Below, piece by piece: positions 9,322 to 17,271 of a stretch of DNA of 21,560 nucleotides. The notes under the pieces were generated by a model. That model searched no databases. It worked only from the letters and a program-made list of their open reading frames with translations, and was not told the DNA's origin. Source of the DNA: Polyangiales bacterium (GTDB taxonomy: Bacteria > Myxococcota_A > Polyangia > Polyangiales > Houyiibacteriaceae); NCBI GenBank assembly GCA_045106895.1, contig JBGCFM010000138.1:1-21560 (forward strand), given 5' to 3'. Made by a program: the position numbers and the translations under genes. The number at the start of each line of letters is the position of its first letter. The first letter of the stretch is position 1.

Positions 9322-10348
9322 GCACCCAGAGATCACCCTGGTGATAGAAACTGCCGCCGATCCTCGAAAAGTCCGGTGCAGCTGGCAGCTGAAAAGGAAC
9401 GAAAGAAGTAGCAGGGATGCGCGCGACGAAGTCGCCACAGTGGCCGGCGTCGAAAAGGTGAACCTGCCCGTCAGCGAGGTAGGCGGCGTACACCGCGAAT
9501 GCGTCCGCGTTCGCAGCGCAGGTGCTTCGTGGGGAGCCAGGCAGCCAGCCATCTTCGTTTTCAAGGGCAAGCCAAGCACCGAGGACCGCGTTTCGGTCAG
9601 GCGCGAAAGCGCTGTCCCAGTCATCGCTGTAGTCGACGGGCTCAGCGCTCTGCCGGAAGCGCTCCGTGGTGATATTGTATTCAAAGATGTACACGATATC
9701 GCGTGTCGCGAGCGTGACGCTTTCAAGGTTTGCGTCCCCACCAGCGTGACCGGCCGGAACGGATGTAGCGCTAAGAACGCTGCCGACGACTCCCGGAAAG
9801 CGCGCGCTCAAACTTCCGGACGCGATATAAGCGCCGTCGCTTAGCCGCAGCACGTGAAAGGTCGTGTCCGTCAGAACATAAGCGACGTTGAGGCTCTCGA
9901 TATCGAAGGCACCGACCACCGGCGAAGGCGGCGCAAAAGGGCTTGCTGGGTCCACCGCGATTGGCGTCCACGCGCCCGCACCGTCCCGAAGCACAGAACC
10001 GACGCAGCCCGCAGCCGCGCATGGACCACTCGGTACATCCACGCGGACCCCGGTGTCCCGCGGCAAAGGAACATCGCTCCCGACGGCATCGCGCGCCGCG
10101 TCCAAGGTGACAGCCACATCGCTCAGCGCCGCGCCGTCGCTGCCTGCGTCGGGAACGCTGCCGTCGATGCCCGCGTCGGGCCTGGCAGCGTCGACCTCCG
10201 GAACGCAGCGGCCGTTCTCGCACATTCCTTCGCACTCAGAAGAACGGGTGCAGGCCTCGCCATCTCCGCCGCCCGTCGCACATCCCGGGAGTCCGAACGC
10301 CGCGATGAAAGAGAGAACGGACGCGAAGGAGGTCAGGCTGTATCGCAC
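9302..10348 (-). CDS. Hypothetical lipoprotein: Cys-rich mini-domain, D/A/G-rich stalk, beta-rich (possibly hemopexin-like) domain
   Basis: Signal ...FIAAFGLPG-C; CTRSSECEGMCENGRC; DAARPDAGIDGSVPDAGSDG stalk. GTG 10348 is preferred over 10363 because a TATTCT -10 box lies 6 nt upstream. Confidence 0.78.
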   Translation of the reverse strand: MRYSLTSFASVLSFIAAFGLPGCATGGGDGEACTRSSECEGMCENGRCVPEVDAARPDAGIDGSVPDAGSDGAALSDVAVTLDAARDAVGSDVPLPRDTGVRVDVPSGPCAAAGCVGSVLRDGAGAWTPIAVDPASPFAPPSPVVGAFDIESLNVAYVLTDTTFHVLRLSDGAYIASGSLSARFPGVVGSVLSATSVPAGHAGGDANLESVTLATRDIVYIFEYNITTERFRQSAEPVDYSDDWDSAFAPDRNAVLGAWLALENEDGWLPGSPRSTCAANADAFAVYAAYLADGQVHLFDAGHCGDFVARIPATSFVPFQLPAAPDFSRIGGSFYHQGDLWVLNARSR

Positions 10349-10421
10349 GTGACAAGAATACACCGGGTGCCCCGCCGAGGCGACACCGGGCGTTCTCGTC
10401 TTCGCAGGGCTTAACCCTCGA

Positions 10422-10444
10422 CCGGCAACTTCTTGCCGGCAAGA
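10422..10444. promoter_or_regulatory. Overlapping palindromes, candidate upstream activator site
   Basis: CCGGCAA-cttc-TTGCCGG (10422-10439) overlaps the perfect 14-bp palindrome TCTTGCCGGCAAGA (10431-10444), about 57-80 bp upstream of the sigma54 motif. Confidence 0.45.
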
Positions 10445-10500
10445 GGGCGCAGAGTGAGTCTCGCTGAGCTCCGGTGAACGCCTTAGGCCCTAGTTTTCGC

Positions 10501-10516
10501 TGGCACACATCCTGCT
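10501..10516 (+). promoter_or_regulatory. Putative sigma54 (-24/-12) promoter
   Basis: TGGCACACATCCTGCT has exact GG-N10-GC spacing and is close to TGGCACG-N4-TTGCW; it lies immediately upstream of the DUF1592-type gene. Confidence 0.65.
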
Positions 10517-10528
10517 TTTTGGGGACGT

Positions 10529-12268
10529 GTGATTGCACGGAACCCACTCGCCCCCGCGGCCACCATCGACGCAGCGTCAGCTGCACGCGCGCCTCATTCC
10601 CAAGCGAGCCGGGTGCTCTGGAGCATCTTTCTGCTGCTCTCGATATGCGCATGCCAAGGCGCGATTTCCGACCCCGGCGCCGACCTCGGCGGAGGCCCGG
10701 GCGACCTTCCCCCTCACGACCCGACGCAGGCCGGCCCGGCCCTTCCTAGCGACCAGGCCCCCTCGACAGCGGTGCCCCGACTCAGTCAGCGAGAGATCGA
10801 AGCGAGCGTGGCTGAGATCTTCGACATCCATGGCCTGGCCGAACGAATCTTGCCCGGCGAGGCGACGCTCGCGACGAACCCTTCGACAGCCGGCGACGAG
10901 GAGGTCTTCGATACCTTCGTCGGTACGCTCGGCGCCTACATTCCCGGCGAGGTGTTCGTGCAGGCCATGGCCACACTCGCCTTCGATCTGGCGCGTGAGG
11001 TCGCGGCGGACGAAGACAAAGTCCACGCCCTCGCCGGATGCGAGCCAAGCGCCGACGACGACGCCCTTTGCATGGGGCAGCTCATCGACAACCTAGGCCT
11101 TCGACTTTTTCGCCGTCCCCTAAGCGGTGACGAGCGCGAGCGTCTGATGGCTTCTGCCCTCGACTTCGCCCTGGCCGAGACGTTCTACGTCGGCGCACGC
11201 GTAGTGATCCAGAGCCTCGTCCAAAGCCCGGACTTCATCTACCGCTCCGACATTGGGGAGGACGTCGGCGAAGGCCTGCGTGAGCTCGACAACTACGAAA
11301 TGGTCTCTCGGCTCTCTTATCTCTTCTGGGGCTCCCCGCCCTCGCCGATGCTCCTCGAGCGCGCCGCCGGCGAACGATTCGACGAGGCAGAGTTCGCCGA
11401 GCTCGTCACGATGGTCGCGGACAACCCACTGACGTCGATTCAGGCGAGGAACCTGCATGTCATGTGGCTCGGCTACGAAGAACTCCTCGTCACCGACGAG
11501 ACACTCAGGCGAGACATGCTGGCCGAGAGCGACGCCCTCCTCGAGCGTGTCCTCTTCGACGAAGGCGCAGCATGGAGCGAACTCTTCCGAAGCACCGAGA
11601 GCTTCCTCAGCCCCGAGCTAGCGGAGCACTACGGCCTGGCAAGCGAGGGTGGATGGACCGAGTACGAGCACCCCGAACGCGCCGGGATCCTCTCCCACGG
11701 CAGCTTCCTTTCTCTGAGCTCCACGCGCGGACACGGGACGCTGCCGAGTCGACGAGGCGCGATGATCTCCGCGCGTATTCTCTGCACCCCGATCCCTCCG
11801 CCTCCCGCCGACGTGAACATCGACGACGGAGCCATCATCGAAGAAGGCGAGTGCAAGTCGGATGCCTACGCGGCCCACCGCAACGCTGGTTCGGGCTGCG
11901 CAAGCTGTCACTCACGCATGGACCCCATCGGCTTTGGTTTCGAGCGCTTCGACGGACACGGGCGCTACCGTACCGTCGAACGCGAGAACCCCGAGTGTGA
12001 AATCGACGGGCTCGGACGCGCCGCCGGCGTCGACTTCACCGGTCCTCGCCAGTTCGTCGAGGCCATCGCCGAATCCGGCGACCTCACGGAGTGCGGCACC
12101 GAGCAAGTTCTGCGCTTCGCACTGCGGCGCGGCCTCGCGGCGGACGACCACAAACTCGTCGGACGTATCCACCATGGCTTCGTCGAATCCGGCGAGGACT
12201 TTCGCGCTCTCATGATGGGCGTCGCTCTGGACCCAACCTTTCGTTACCGCATGGAGGAATCGCCGTGA
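10529..12268 (+). CDS. DUF1592/DUF1595/DUF1588-family protein with one CxxCH motif, probable lipoprotein
   Basis: LRLFRRPL, LVQSPDFIYR, LDNYEMVSRLSYLFWGSPP, RAGILSHGSFL, PSRRG..ILC..IPPPP, CASCH (11897-11911), MDPIGFGFERFDGHGRYR; signal-like IFLLLSICAC. The start may be downstream (e.g. GTG 10613). Confidence 0.88.
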   Translation: MIARNPLAPAATIDAASAARAPHSQASRVLWSIFLLLSICACQGAISDPGADLGGGPGDLPPHDPTQAGPALPSDQAPSTAVPRLSQREIEASVAEIFDIHGLAERILPGEATLATNPSTAGDEEVFDTFVGTLGAYIPGEVFVQAMATLAFDLAREVAADEDKVHALAGCEPSADDDALCMGQLIDNLGLRLFRRPLSGDERERLMASALDFALAETFYVGARVVIQSLVQSPDFIYRSDIGEDVGEGLRELDNYEMVSRLSYLFWGSPPSPMLLERAAGERFDEAEFAELVTMVADNPLTSIQARNLHVMWLGYEELLVTDETLRRDMLAESDALLERVLFDEGAAWSELFRSTESFLSPELAEHYGLASEGGWTEYEHPERAGILSHGSFLSLSSTRGHGTLPSRRGAMISARILCTPIPPPPADVNIDDGAIIEEGECKSDAYAAHRNAGSGCASCHSRMDPIGFGFERFDGHGRYRTVERENPECEIDGLGRAAGVDFTGPRQFVEAIAESGDLTECGTEQVLRFALRRGLAADDHKLVGRIHHGFVESGEDFRALMMGVALDPTFRYRMEESP

Positions 12269-13674
12269 AGAAACCTAAACTCGGGCGTCGGGGTTTTCTC
12301 CGTGGAGCCGCTGGCACCGTCATCGGTCTCCCACTCCTCGACTATATGCTCAACTCGAACGGCACCGCCTATGCGGACGGCACTGAGTTCCCTTGCCGCT
12401 ATGTGCTCTTCTTTTCGCCGACGGCGCTCGTAACGAACAGCTCGCGCGTCGAAGACGCCATCCCCACCGACCACGGCGTGGGGTACACCACGACGAAGGT
12501 CTTGCAGCCCCTCGTCGATCGCGGAATCAAGGACGACGTGAGCGTCGTCACCGGCCTCTTCTGCGCGCCCGTCGACGCCCCCGGCGCGTACAACTCCGAC
12601 TACCACGGCTTCGCCTACAAGGCCGTTCTCAATGGGATGCGTTCGGGCTTCGGAAGCGGCTATGCGCCGCGCGGCCCTTCGCCGGATGAGCTCCTTGCGC
12701 AGAACGCCCCGGCAGACCTGCGCTTTCGAAAGCTCTACTACCAGGTCGACCCCAACCCGGGCACCCACTACATCTCCTTTGAAGGAAGCCCCGGAAATTG
12801 CCGCGCCGTCGAGCCGGAGACCTCCCCGGCGAGCGCCTACCGCACTCTCTTCCAAGACTTCGTGCCACCCGACTCCGGCCCGGACCCCGTCGCCGCCCTC
12901 GACCAGCGGCTTCGCGTCAGCAGCCTCTCCTTTGCGTCCGAGCAAATTCATCAGATGAATCGGCGTCTAGGCGCTGCGGATCGTCGAACCCTCGACGCGC
13001 ACCTCACGCACATCCGCGAACTTGAACGTCGTCTTGCCCTCATCACGGAAGCGCCCATGAGCAACGCCTGCGCAGACCCTTCTTTGTCGATGAATGACCC
13101 GGCCAACATGGGCGCGTTCCCCAGCCACGACGCCCGAATGGACCTCTTCACGGAGCTAACCCGCATGGCCTTCGCCTGCGATATGACGCGCACCATCACC
13201 ATCAGCGGCACGGGCCAGTTCACCGGCAGCGGCATGCGCCATCCAATCTGGGCGAGCGACGGAGGCCTGCACGGCGAAGTCCAGCACTCCGACGGAAGCC
13301 AAGCCGTCCTGGACGACGCCAATCAATGGTTCGTGGACTGCTACGCGCGCGTCCTCGAGAAGCTCAAGGATACCCCCGACGGCGAAGGCACCTTGCTCGA
13401 TCATTCGGCCGGCGTCTTCCTCATGGAGGGCGGCAAAGGTCTTCGAAACGACCCGCAACGCGTCGGTGATGGTGGCGTGGGCTCCAACCACTGCTGCGAC
13501 CACATGATGGTCCTCATGGGCGGGCGCGCCGGTGGACTCAGACCTGCGGGACGCATCGGTCTTGAGGGACAAGACCGTCACCCCGCGGAAGTTCTCAACT
13601 CGGCGATCCGCGCCATGGGAAGCGACGCGCGCCTCGGCGAGATCGGGGGAACGGTGGACGAGCTCTTCGCGTAG
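12265..13674 (+). CDS. DUF1552 (HXXSHH) family protein with twin-arginine-like signal
   Basis: GTG 12265 with SD GGAGGA and GTGA overlap with the upstream stop; LGRRGFLRGAAGTVIGLPLL, DRRTLDAHLTHIRELERRL, MAFACDMTR, GEGTLLDHS. It is the usual partner of DUF1592 genes. Confidence 0.9.
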   Translation: MKKPKLGRRGFLRGAAGTVIGLPLLDYMLNSNGTAYADGTEFPCRYVLFFSPTALVTNSSRVEDAIPTDHGVGYTTTKVLQPLVDRGIKDDVSVVTGLFCAPVDAPGAYNSDYHGFAYKAVLNGMRSGFGSGYAPRGPSPDELLAQNAPADLRFRKLYYQVDPNPGTHYISFEGSPGNCRAVEPETSPASAYRTLFQDFVPPDSGPDPVAALDQRLRVSSLSFASEQIHQMNRRLGAADRRTLDAHLTHIRELERRLALITEAPMSNACADPSLSMNDPANMGAFPSHDARMDLFTELTRMAFACDMTRTITISGTGQFTGSGMRHPIWASDGGLHGEVQHSDGSQAVLDDANQWFVDCYARVLEKLKDTPDGEGTLLDHSAGVFLMEGGKGLRNDPQRVGDGGVGSNHCCDHMMVLMGGRAGGLRPAGRIGLEGQDRHPAEVLNSAIRAMGSDARLGEIGGTVDELFA

Positions 13675-13686
13675 CTCGCTCTTCGC

Positions 13687-14472
13687 TCAGAACTGCCCGC
13701 GGTAGTCAGTCGGCGTGGACCGCGTGAACTTTCGGAACGCGGTGCTGAACGCGCTGACGTTCGTATAGCCCACATCGAATGCGGTCTCGGTGACCTGTGT
13801 GCCGTGAGCCAGACACTCCATCGCCCGAAGCATTCGCGCGACATAGAGGTATTGGCCCCAAGTCATGTGGATCTCGAGGTTGAGGCGCCGCATCAAGGTC
13901 CTCGGACTCATCGCCGCTTTCTTCGCGACGTCTTCGAGCTTGAGCGGCTGCGAGAGATTTGCATGCGTGTACCGAAGCACCTCAATGAGGTCTTCTGAAT
14001 TCGCCTTCGGTAATGAGAGCTGAGCGTTCTCCTGGAGCTGGCTACGGCACAAATCGAGGAGGGTGAGGAAGAAGCGGTCGTGCTCGGTTTTGTTCGTGGG
14101 CTCCTTCCCCGCCCAACCCCGCGAGTGGTTGATCATCTCGCGTACCACGGGGCTCACCTCGAACACGTGCGGCTTCGTGGCCAGCGGCGGCGCGAAGTCA
14201 CGCTGAAAGAAGAGGGACGTGCACCGCACCTCTTTGATCGTCGTGGTCTGAACAAGAGTGCCCGCAGGAACCCAAGCGATGCGCGATGGCGCGAGCCGCC
14301 ACGATGCCTCGTCCGTCTCAAGCAGGAAAAGTCCCTGAAGAGCATAGAGCATCACGTGACGGTCGAGCGCCAAGGAGATGTCGATCGCATCCATCACGAT
14401 GTCGTGACAGAGCACCTGCGCTGAACTGTGTTGAAGCGCCTCAAGCAGCTCATCGGGCAAGGGGGTCGGCAT
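13687..14472 (-). CDS. AraC family transcriptional regulator (cupin-type sensor plus double HTH)
   Basis: LEDVAKKAAMSPRTLMRRL and VTETAFDVGYTNVSAFSTAFRKFT..TP..YR signatures; N-terminal IAWVPAG. ATG 14472 is the preferred start. Confidence 0.92.
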   Translation of the reverse strand: MPTPLPDELLEALQHSSAQVLCHDIVMDAIDISLALDRHVMLYALQGLFLLETDEASWRLAPSRIAWVPAGTLVQTTTIKEVRCTSLFFQRDFAPPLATKPHVFEVSPVVREMINHSRGWAGKEPTNKTEHDRFFLTLLDLCRSQLQENAQLSLPKANSEDLIEVLRYTHANLSQPLKLEDVAKKAAMSPRTLMRRLNLEIHMTWGQYLYVARMLRAMECLAHGTQVTETAFDVGYTNVSAFSTAFRKFTRSTPTDYRGQF

Positions 14473-14522
14473 AGAAGTGAAGATGTCTCTCCCCCTCTCC
14501 GATGTCCATCGTCGCAAAGGCG

Positions 14523-14963
14523 TCAGCCGCTGAGCTTGGCCTGGAGGCTGATGGGAACGCTGTGGAGCGCCAATGACAGCGGGCAGAGCACCTTGGCGGC
14601 TTCCGCCGTCTCCTCAAAGTCCGACGCCGAAAGACCTGGGACCGTCGCGTCCACGTTCAGGTGGATCTGGCTGATCTCAAAACCGCCGTCCATCTCGCTC
14701 AGAGTCACGGTGGCGTCGACATCGATTCGCTCCGCCGTCAGCCCAGCCTGCTCCAGCGCAAAGCCCAAGGACATCGCGTAACAACCCGCATGTGCGGCCG
14801 CGAGGAGTTCTTCCGGCGTTGTCTGGGGCGCGCCAGCAGCGTCCTGAAACCTTGTGTGGAACGAGTAGGGAGTGTCCGAGAGCACGTTGCTCGGAGCGCT
14901 CAGCGTTCCGGTTCCATTGCTGTGCTTGCCATTCCAGTGAGCCGTCGCGTTTCTCGTCGTCAT
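14523..14963 (-). CDS. osmC: OsmC family peroxiredoxin
   Basis: MTTRNATAHWNG, YSFHTRF, TTPEELLAAAHAGCYAM and AKVLCPLS, with both catalytic Cys present; GGAGG SD; ATGA overlap with the hydrolase stop. Confidence 0.93.
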   Translation of the reverse strand: MTTRNATAHWNGKHSNGTGTLSAPSNVLSDTPYSFHTRFQDAAGAPQTTPEELLAAAHAGCYAMSLGFALEQAGLTAERIDVDATVTLSEMDGGFEISQIHLNVDATVPGLSASDFEETAEAAKVLCPLSLALHSVPISLQAKLSG

Positions 14964-15745
14964 GGTTGAACCTCCAGTTCTTCGTACCAATCCAGGATGC
15001 CGTCGGCGACGTTCTCCCAGCCGGGTTCGCCACACGTAAAGTGGCTTCGACCCTCCACAATCTTCACATCCACCTGGCTGCTCTCGTCCGTGTAGCGACC
15101 AGCGATTCGCTGGGTGAGATGCGCCGGGAAGATCTGGTCACTTCCACCACCGATGAAGAGCAAGGGCGCGTGGGGCTTCCCGAAATCGACCTTCGAGTAG
15201 CTGTTGAAGAGCAGCTGGGTGTTCACCTTGAAGCTCTCCGGTACCGCAAAGCGCTCATAGGCCGCTTCGCGCTGCTCTTCCGGCAGCGTGTTGAAAAAGG
15301 CGCCGTTAAACCACTCGGGGGTGCCGAGCCAAGTCTTCTGCCGCGAGAAGAGCCCAATGGCAGAGAACACGGCCTTAATCGTCTGGAAGGGCACGGGGAA
15401 GACGTTCTTTGGCGGCGCGCCATGCACACTCACGCCCGCGACCACCTTGTCTTGCTCGATGAGCTTCATCACCACCGCGCCTGCCATCGAGTGTCCGATG
15501 ACCAGCGGCTTATCGGGTAATGTGTCGATGAGCCTCTCGATGTTCTCCACGACATCGATGAACCCAGTCGCGCCAAGGTCCGGATGCACGTTCTCGCGCA
15601 GCTCCGCGGGAACCCCTTCATGGCCAGGGTTCGCCGGCGTGTACACGGCGTAGCCCCGTGCCTCGTAGTGGCCCTTCCATAGGGCCCACGTTTCGTTGTT
15701 CACGAAATTTCCGTGGATCAAAATGATCGTCTTCGAACGTTCCAC
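14960..15745 (-). CDS. Alpha/beta fold hydrolase
   Basis: IILIHG, nucleophile elbow GHSMAG, acid in GGGSDQIFP, His in GRSHF; GTG 15745 preceded by SD AAGGAG. Confidence 0.9.
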   Translation of the reverse strand: MERSKTIILIHGNFVNNETWALWKGHYEARGYAVYTPANPGHEGVPAELRENVHPDLGATGFIDVVENIERLIDTLPDKPLVIGHSMAGAVVMKLIEQDKVVAGVSVHGAPPKNVFPVPFQTIKAVFSAIGLFSRQKTWLGTPEWFNGAFFNTLPEEQREAAYERFAVPESFKVNTQLLFNSYSKVDFGKPHAPLLFIGGGSDQIFPAHLTQRIAGRYTDESSQVDVKIVEGRSHFTCGEPGWENVADGILDWYEELEVQP

Positions 15746-15803
15746 ATCGCTCTCCTTGGCTCGGGTTGTCTCGATGTGGAGACAGTATTCCGGGCTACGA
15801 GGC

Positions 15804-15846
15804 GTCGCTTTCGCGAGACCGACGTTCTCTTTGTCGAAAGCGACAA
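15804..15846. promoter_or_regulatory. Inverted-repeat operator candidate upstream of hydrolase-osmC-araC
   Basis: GTCGCTTTCG (15804-15813) and CGAAAGCGAC (15835-15844) form a perfect 10-bp inverted repeat; the second arm sits inside the palindrome TTGTCG-aaag-CGACAA (15831-15846). Confidence 0.5.
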
Positions 15847-16227
15847 GTGGCCCCGTCGCTCGACCAGGCCGGAACGCGGCTTCCGCGCGGCATGCGTCGT
15901 CATCAACCACTGAAGCGTCAGCAACCCATAGAGCACCGTGCGCTCATGGTTGTAAGCGTGCGAGAGATACAAGATCGCCCCCACGCTGACTCCCTGCGCC
16001 AAGGCCAAGGTGCCCACCAAGGCTTAGGCGGCGATGTCGCGTAGCAACGACGTCCGACGCGCGGGCCCCGAACGCGCCGCGATGGATCGCGCAAGCTCAA
16101 GGAGTTCAAGATTCTCAGTTTCAGAATGGGCGTCCACAATCGCAATGGACCTCCTGCGGCGGCGATTGTTCCACGCAGACGAACTTCGGCTCCCACTCCC
16201 CTACCCTTGTGCTATCCGCCTTCCCTC

Positions 16228-17271
16228 TTGATCAAGTACCTCGGCAGCAAACGCACTCTCCTTCCGGACATCGTCGCTCTCGCCGATGGCGCGCCGGATA
16301 TCAAGCGCGTCGCCGACCTCTTCAGCGGCACCAGCCGTGTGGGTCACGCGCTCAAAGGCGCCGGCTACGAGGTCACGTCCAATGACCACAACAGTTACGC
16401 CTTTACCCTCGCCCAATGTTACGTCGCAGCCGACGCCGCCAAGTGGCGCGAGCCTGCGGAGGCGCTTCTCAAAGAGCTCGCGGAGGTCCCGCCCGAGGCC
16501 GGCTGGTTCACGAAGACCTACTGCGAAGATGCTCGCTTCTTTCAGCCGAAGAACGGAGCGCGTGTCGAAGCGATGCGCAACCACATCGAGACGCTCGACC
16601 TCGCGCCGGAGCTACGCGCCATCGCCCTCGTGTCACTCATGGAAGCCGCCGACCGCGTCGACAGCACCTGCGGCGTGCAGATGGCCTACGTCAAGAAGTG
16701 GGCAAAACGCTCCAACAACGATCTCACGCTCAGGCTCCCGGACATACTCAACGGCGAAGGCACAGCGCATTGCCGCGACGCGGGCGAGCTCGCCTCCGAG
16801 CTCGACGTAGATCTCGTGTACATCGACCCGCCCTACAACCAGCACAGCTACCGCGGCAACTACCACGTGTGGGAAACCCTCGTGCAGTGGGACGAGCCCG
16901 AAACCTACGGCATCGCGCAGAAACGCATCGACGTGCGAACGCACAAGAGCGACTACAACTCAAAGCGGCGTCACCAGGGCGCCTTCGAATCCCTCATCGC
17001 CGCCCTCCACGCACCTCTTCTCATCGTGAGCTTCAGCGACGAAGCGTACTTGCCACGCGAAGTTCTCGAAGGGACACTTCGCGCGCGTGGGCCCGTCGCC
17101 GTCGTTGAAAAAGACTTCAAGCGTTACGTTGGCGCACAGATCGGTGTTCACAACCCACGGGGCGAGAAGGTCGGTACGGTGAGCCACCTGCGCAACGTCG
17201 AGCGCATGTACATCGCCGCGACGGAGCACGCGAGCGACGCGCAAAAGCGGTACGTTCAGCGATTGATGTAG
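16228..17271 (+). CDS. N6-adenine DNA methyltransferase, alpha class (D12 family)
   Basis: IKYLGSKRTL (motif X), DLFSGTSRVG (motif I), DLVYIDPPY (motif IV, DPPY at 16825-16836). Motif I before motif IV indicates the alpha class. TTG 16228 is the likely start. Confidence 0.9.
   Translation: MIKYLGSKRTLLPDIVALADGAPDIKRVADLFSGTSRVGHALKGAGYEVTSNDHNSYAFTLAQCYVAADAAKWREPAEALLKELAEVPPEAGWFTKTYCEDARFFQPKNGARVEAMRNHIETLDLAPELRAIALVSLMEAADRVDSTCGVQMAYVKKWAKRSNNDLTLRLPDILNGEGTAHCRDAGELASELDVDLVYIDPPYNQHSYRGNYHVWETLVQWDEPETYGIAQKRIDVRTHKSDYNSKRRHQGAFESLIAALHAPLLIVSFSDEAYLPREVLEGTLRARGPVAVVEKDFKRYVGAQIGVHNPRGEKVGTVSHLRNVERMYIAATEHASDAQKRYVQRLM

Noticed and set aside
12091..12264. N-terminal extension of the DUF1552 ORF
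   Set aside because: It overlaps the upstream gene; GTG 12265 has an SD and a GTGA overlap, and places the twin-arginine motif at the N-terminus.
16034..16231. Plus-strand 65-aa ORF whose TGA overlaps the methyltransferase TTG (possible controller protein or leader)
   Set aside because: No HTH or C-protein features and no convincing SD; the overlap follows from TTG-ATC and may be chance.
16228..17271. Classical type II restriction-modification operon or prophage-borne methylase
   Set aside because: No co-oriented cytoplasmic endonuclease, specificity subunit, integrase or phage gene is present nearby.
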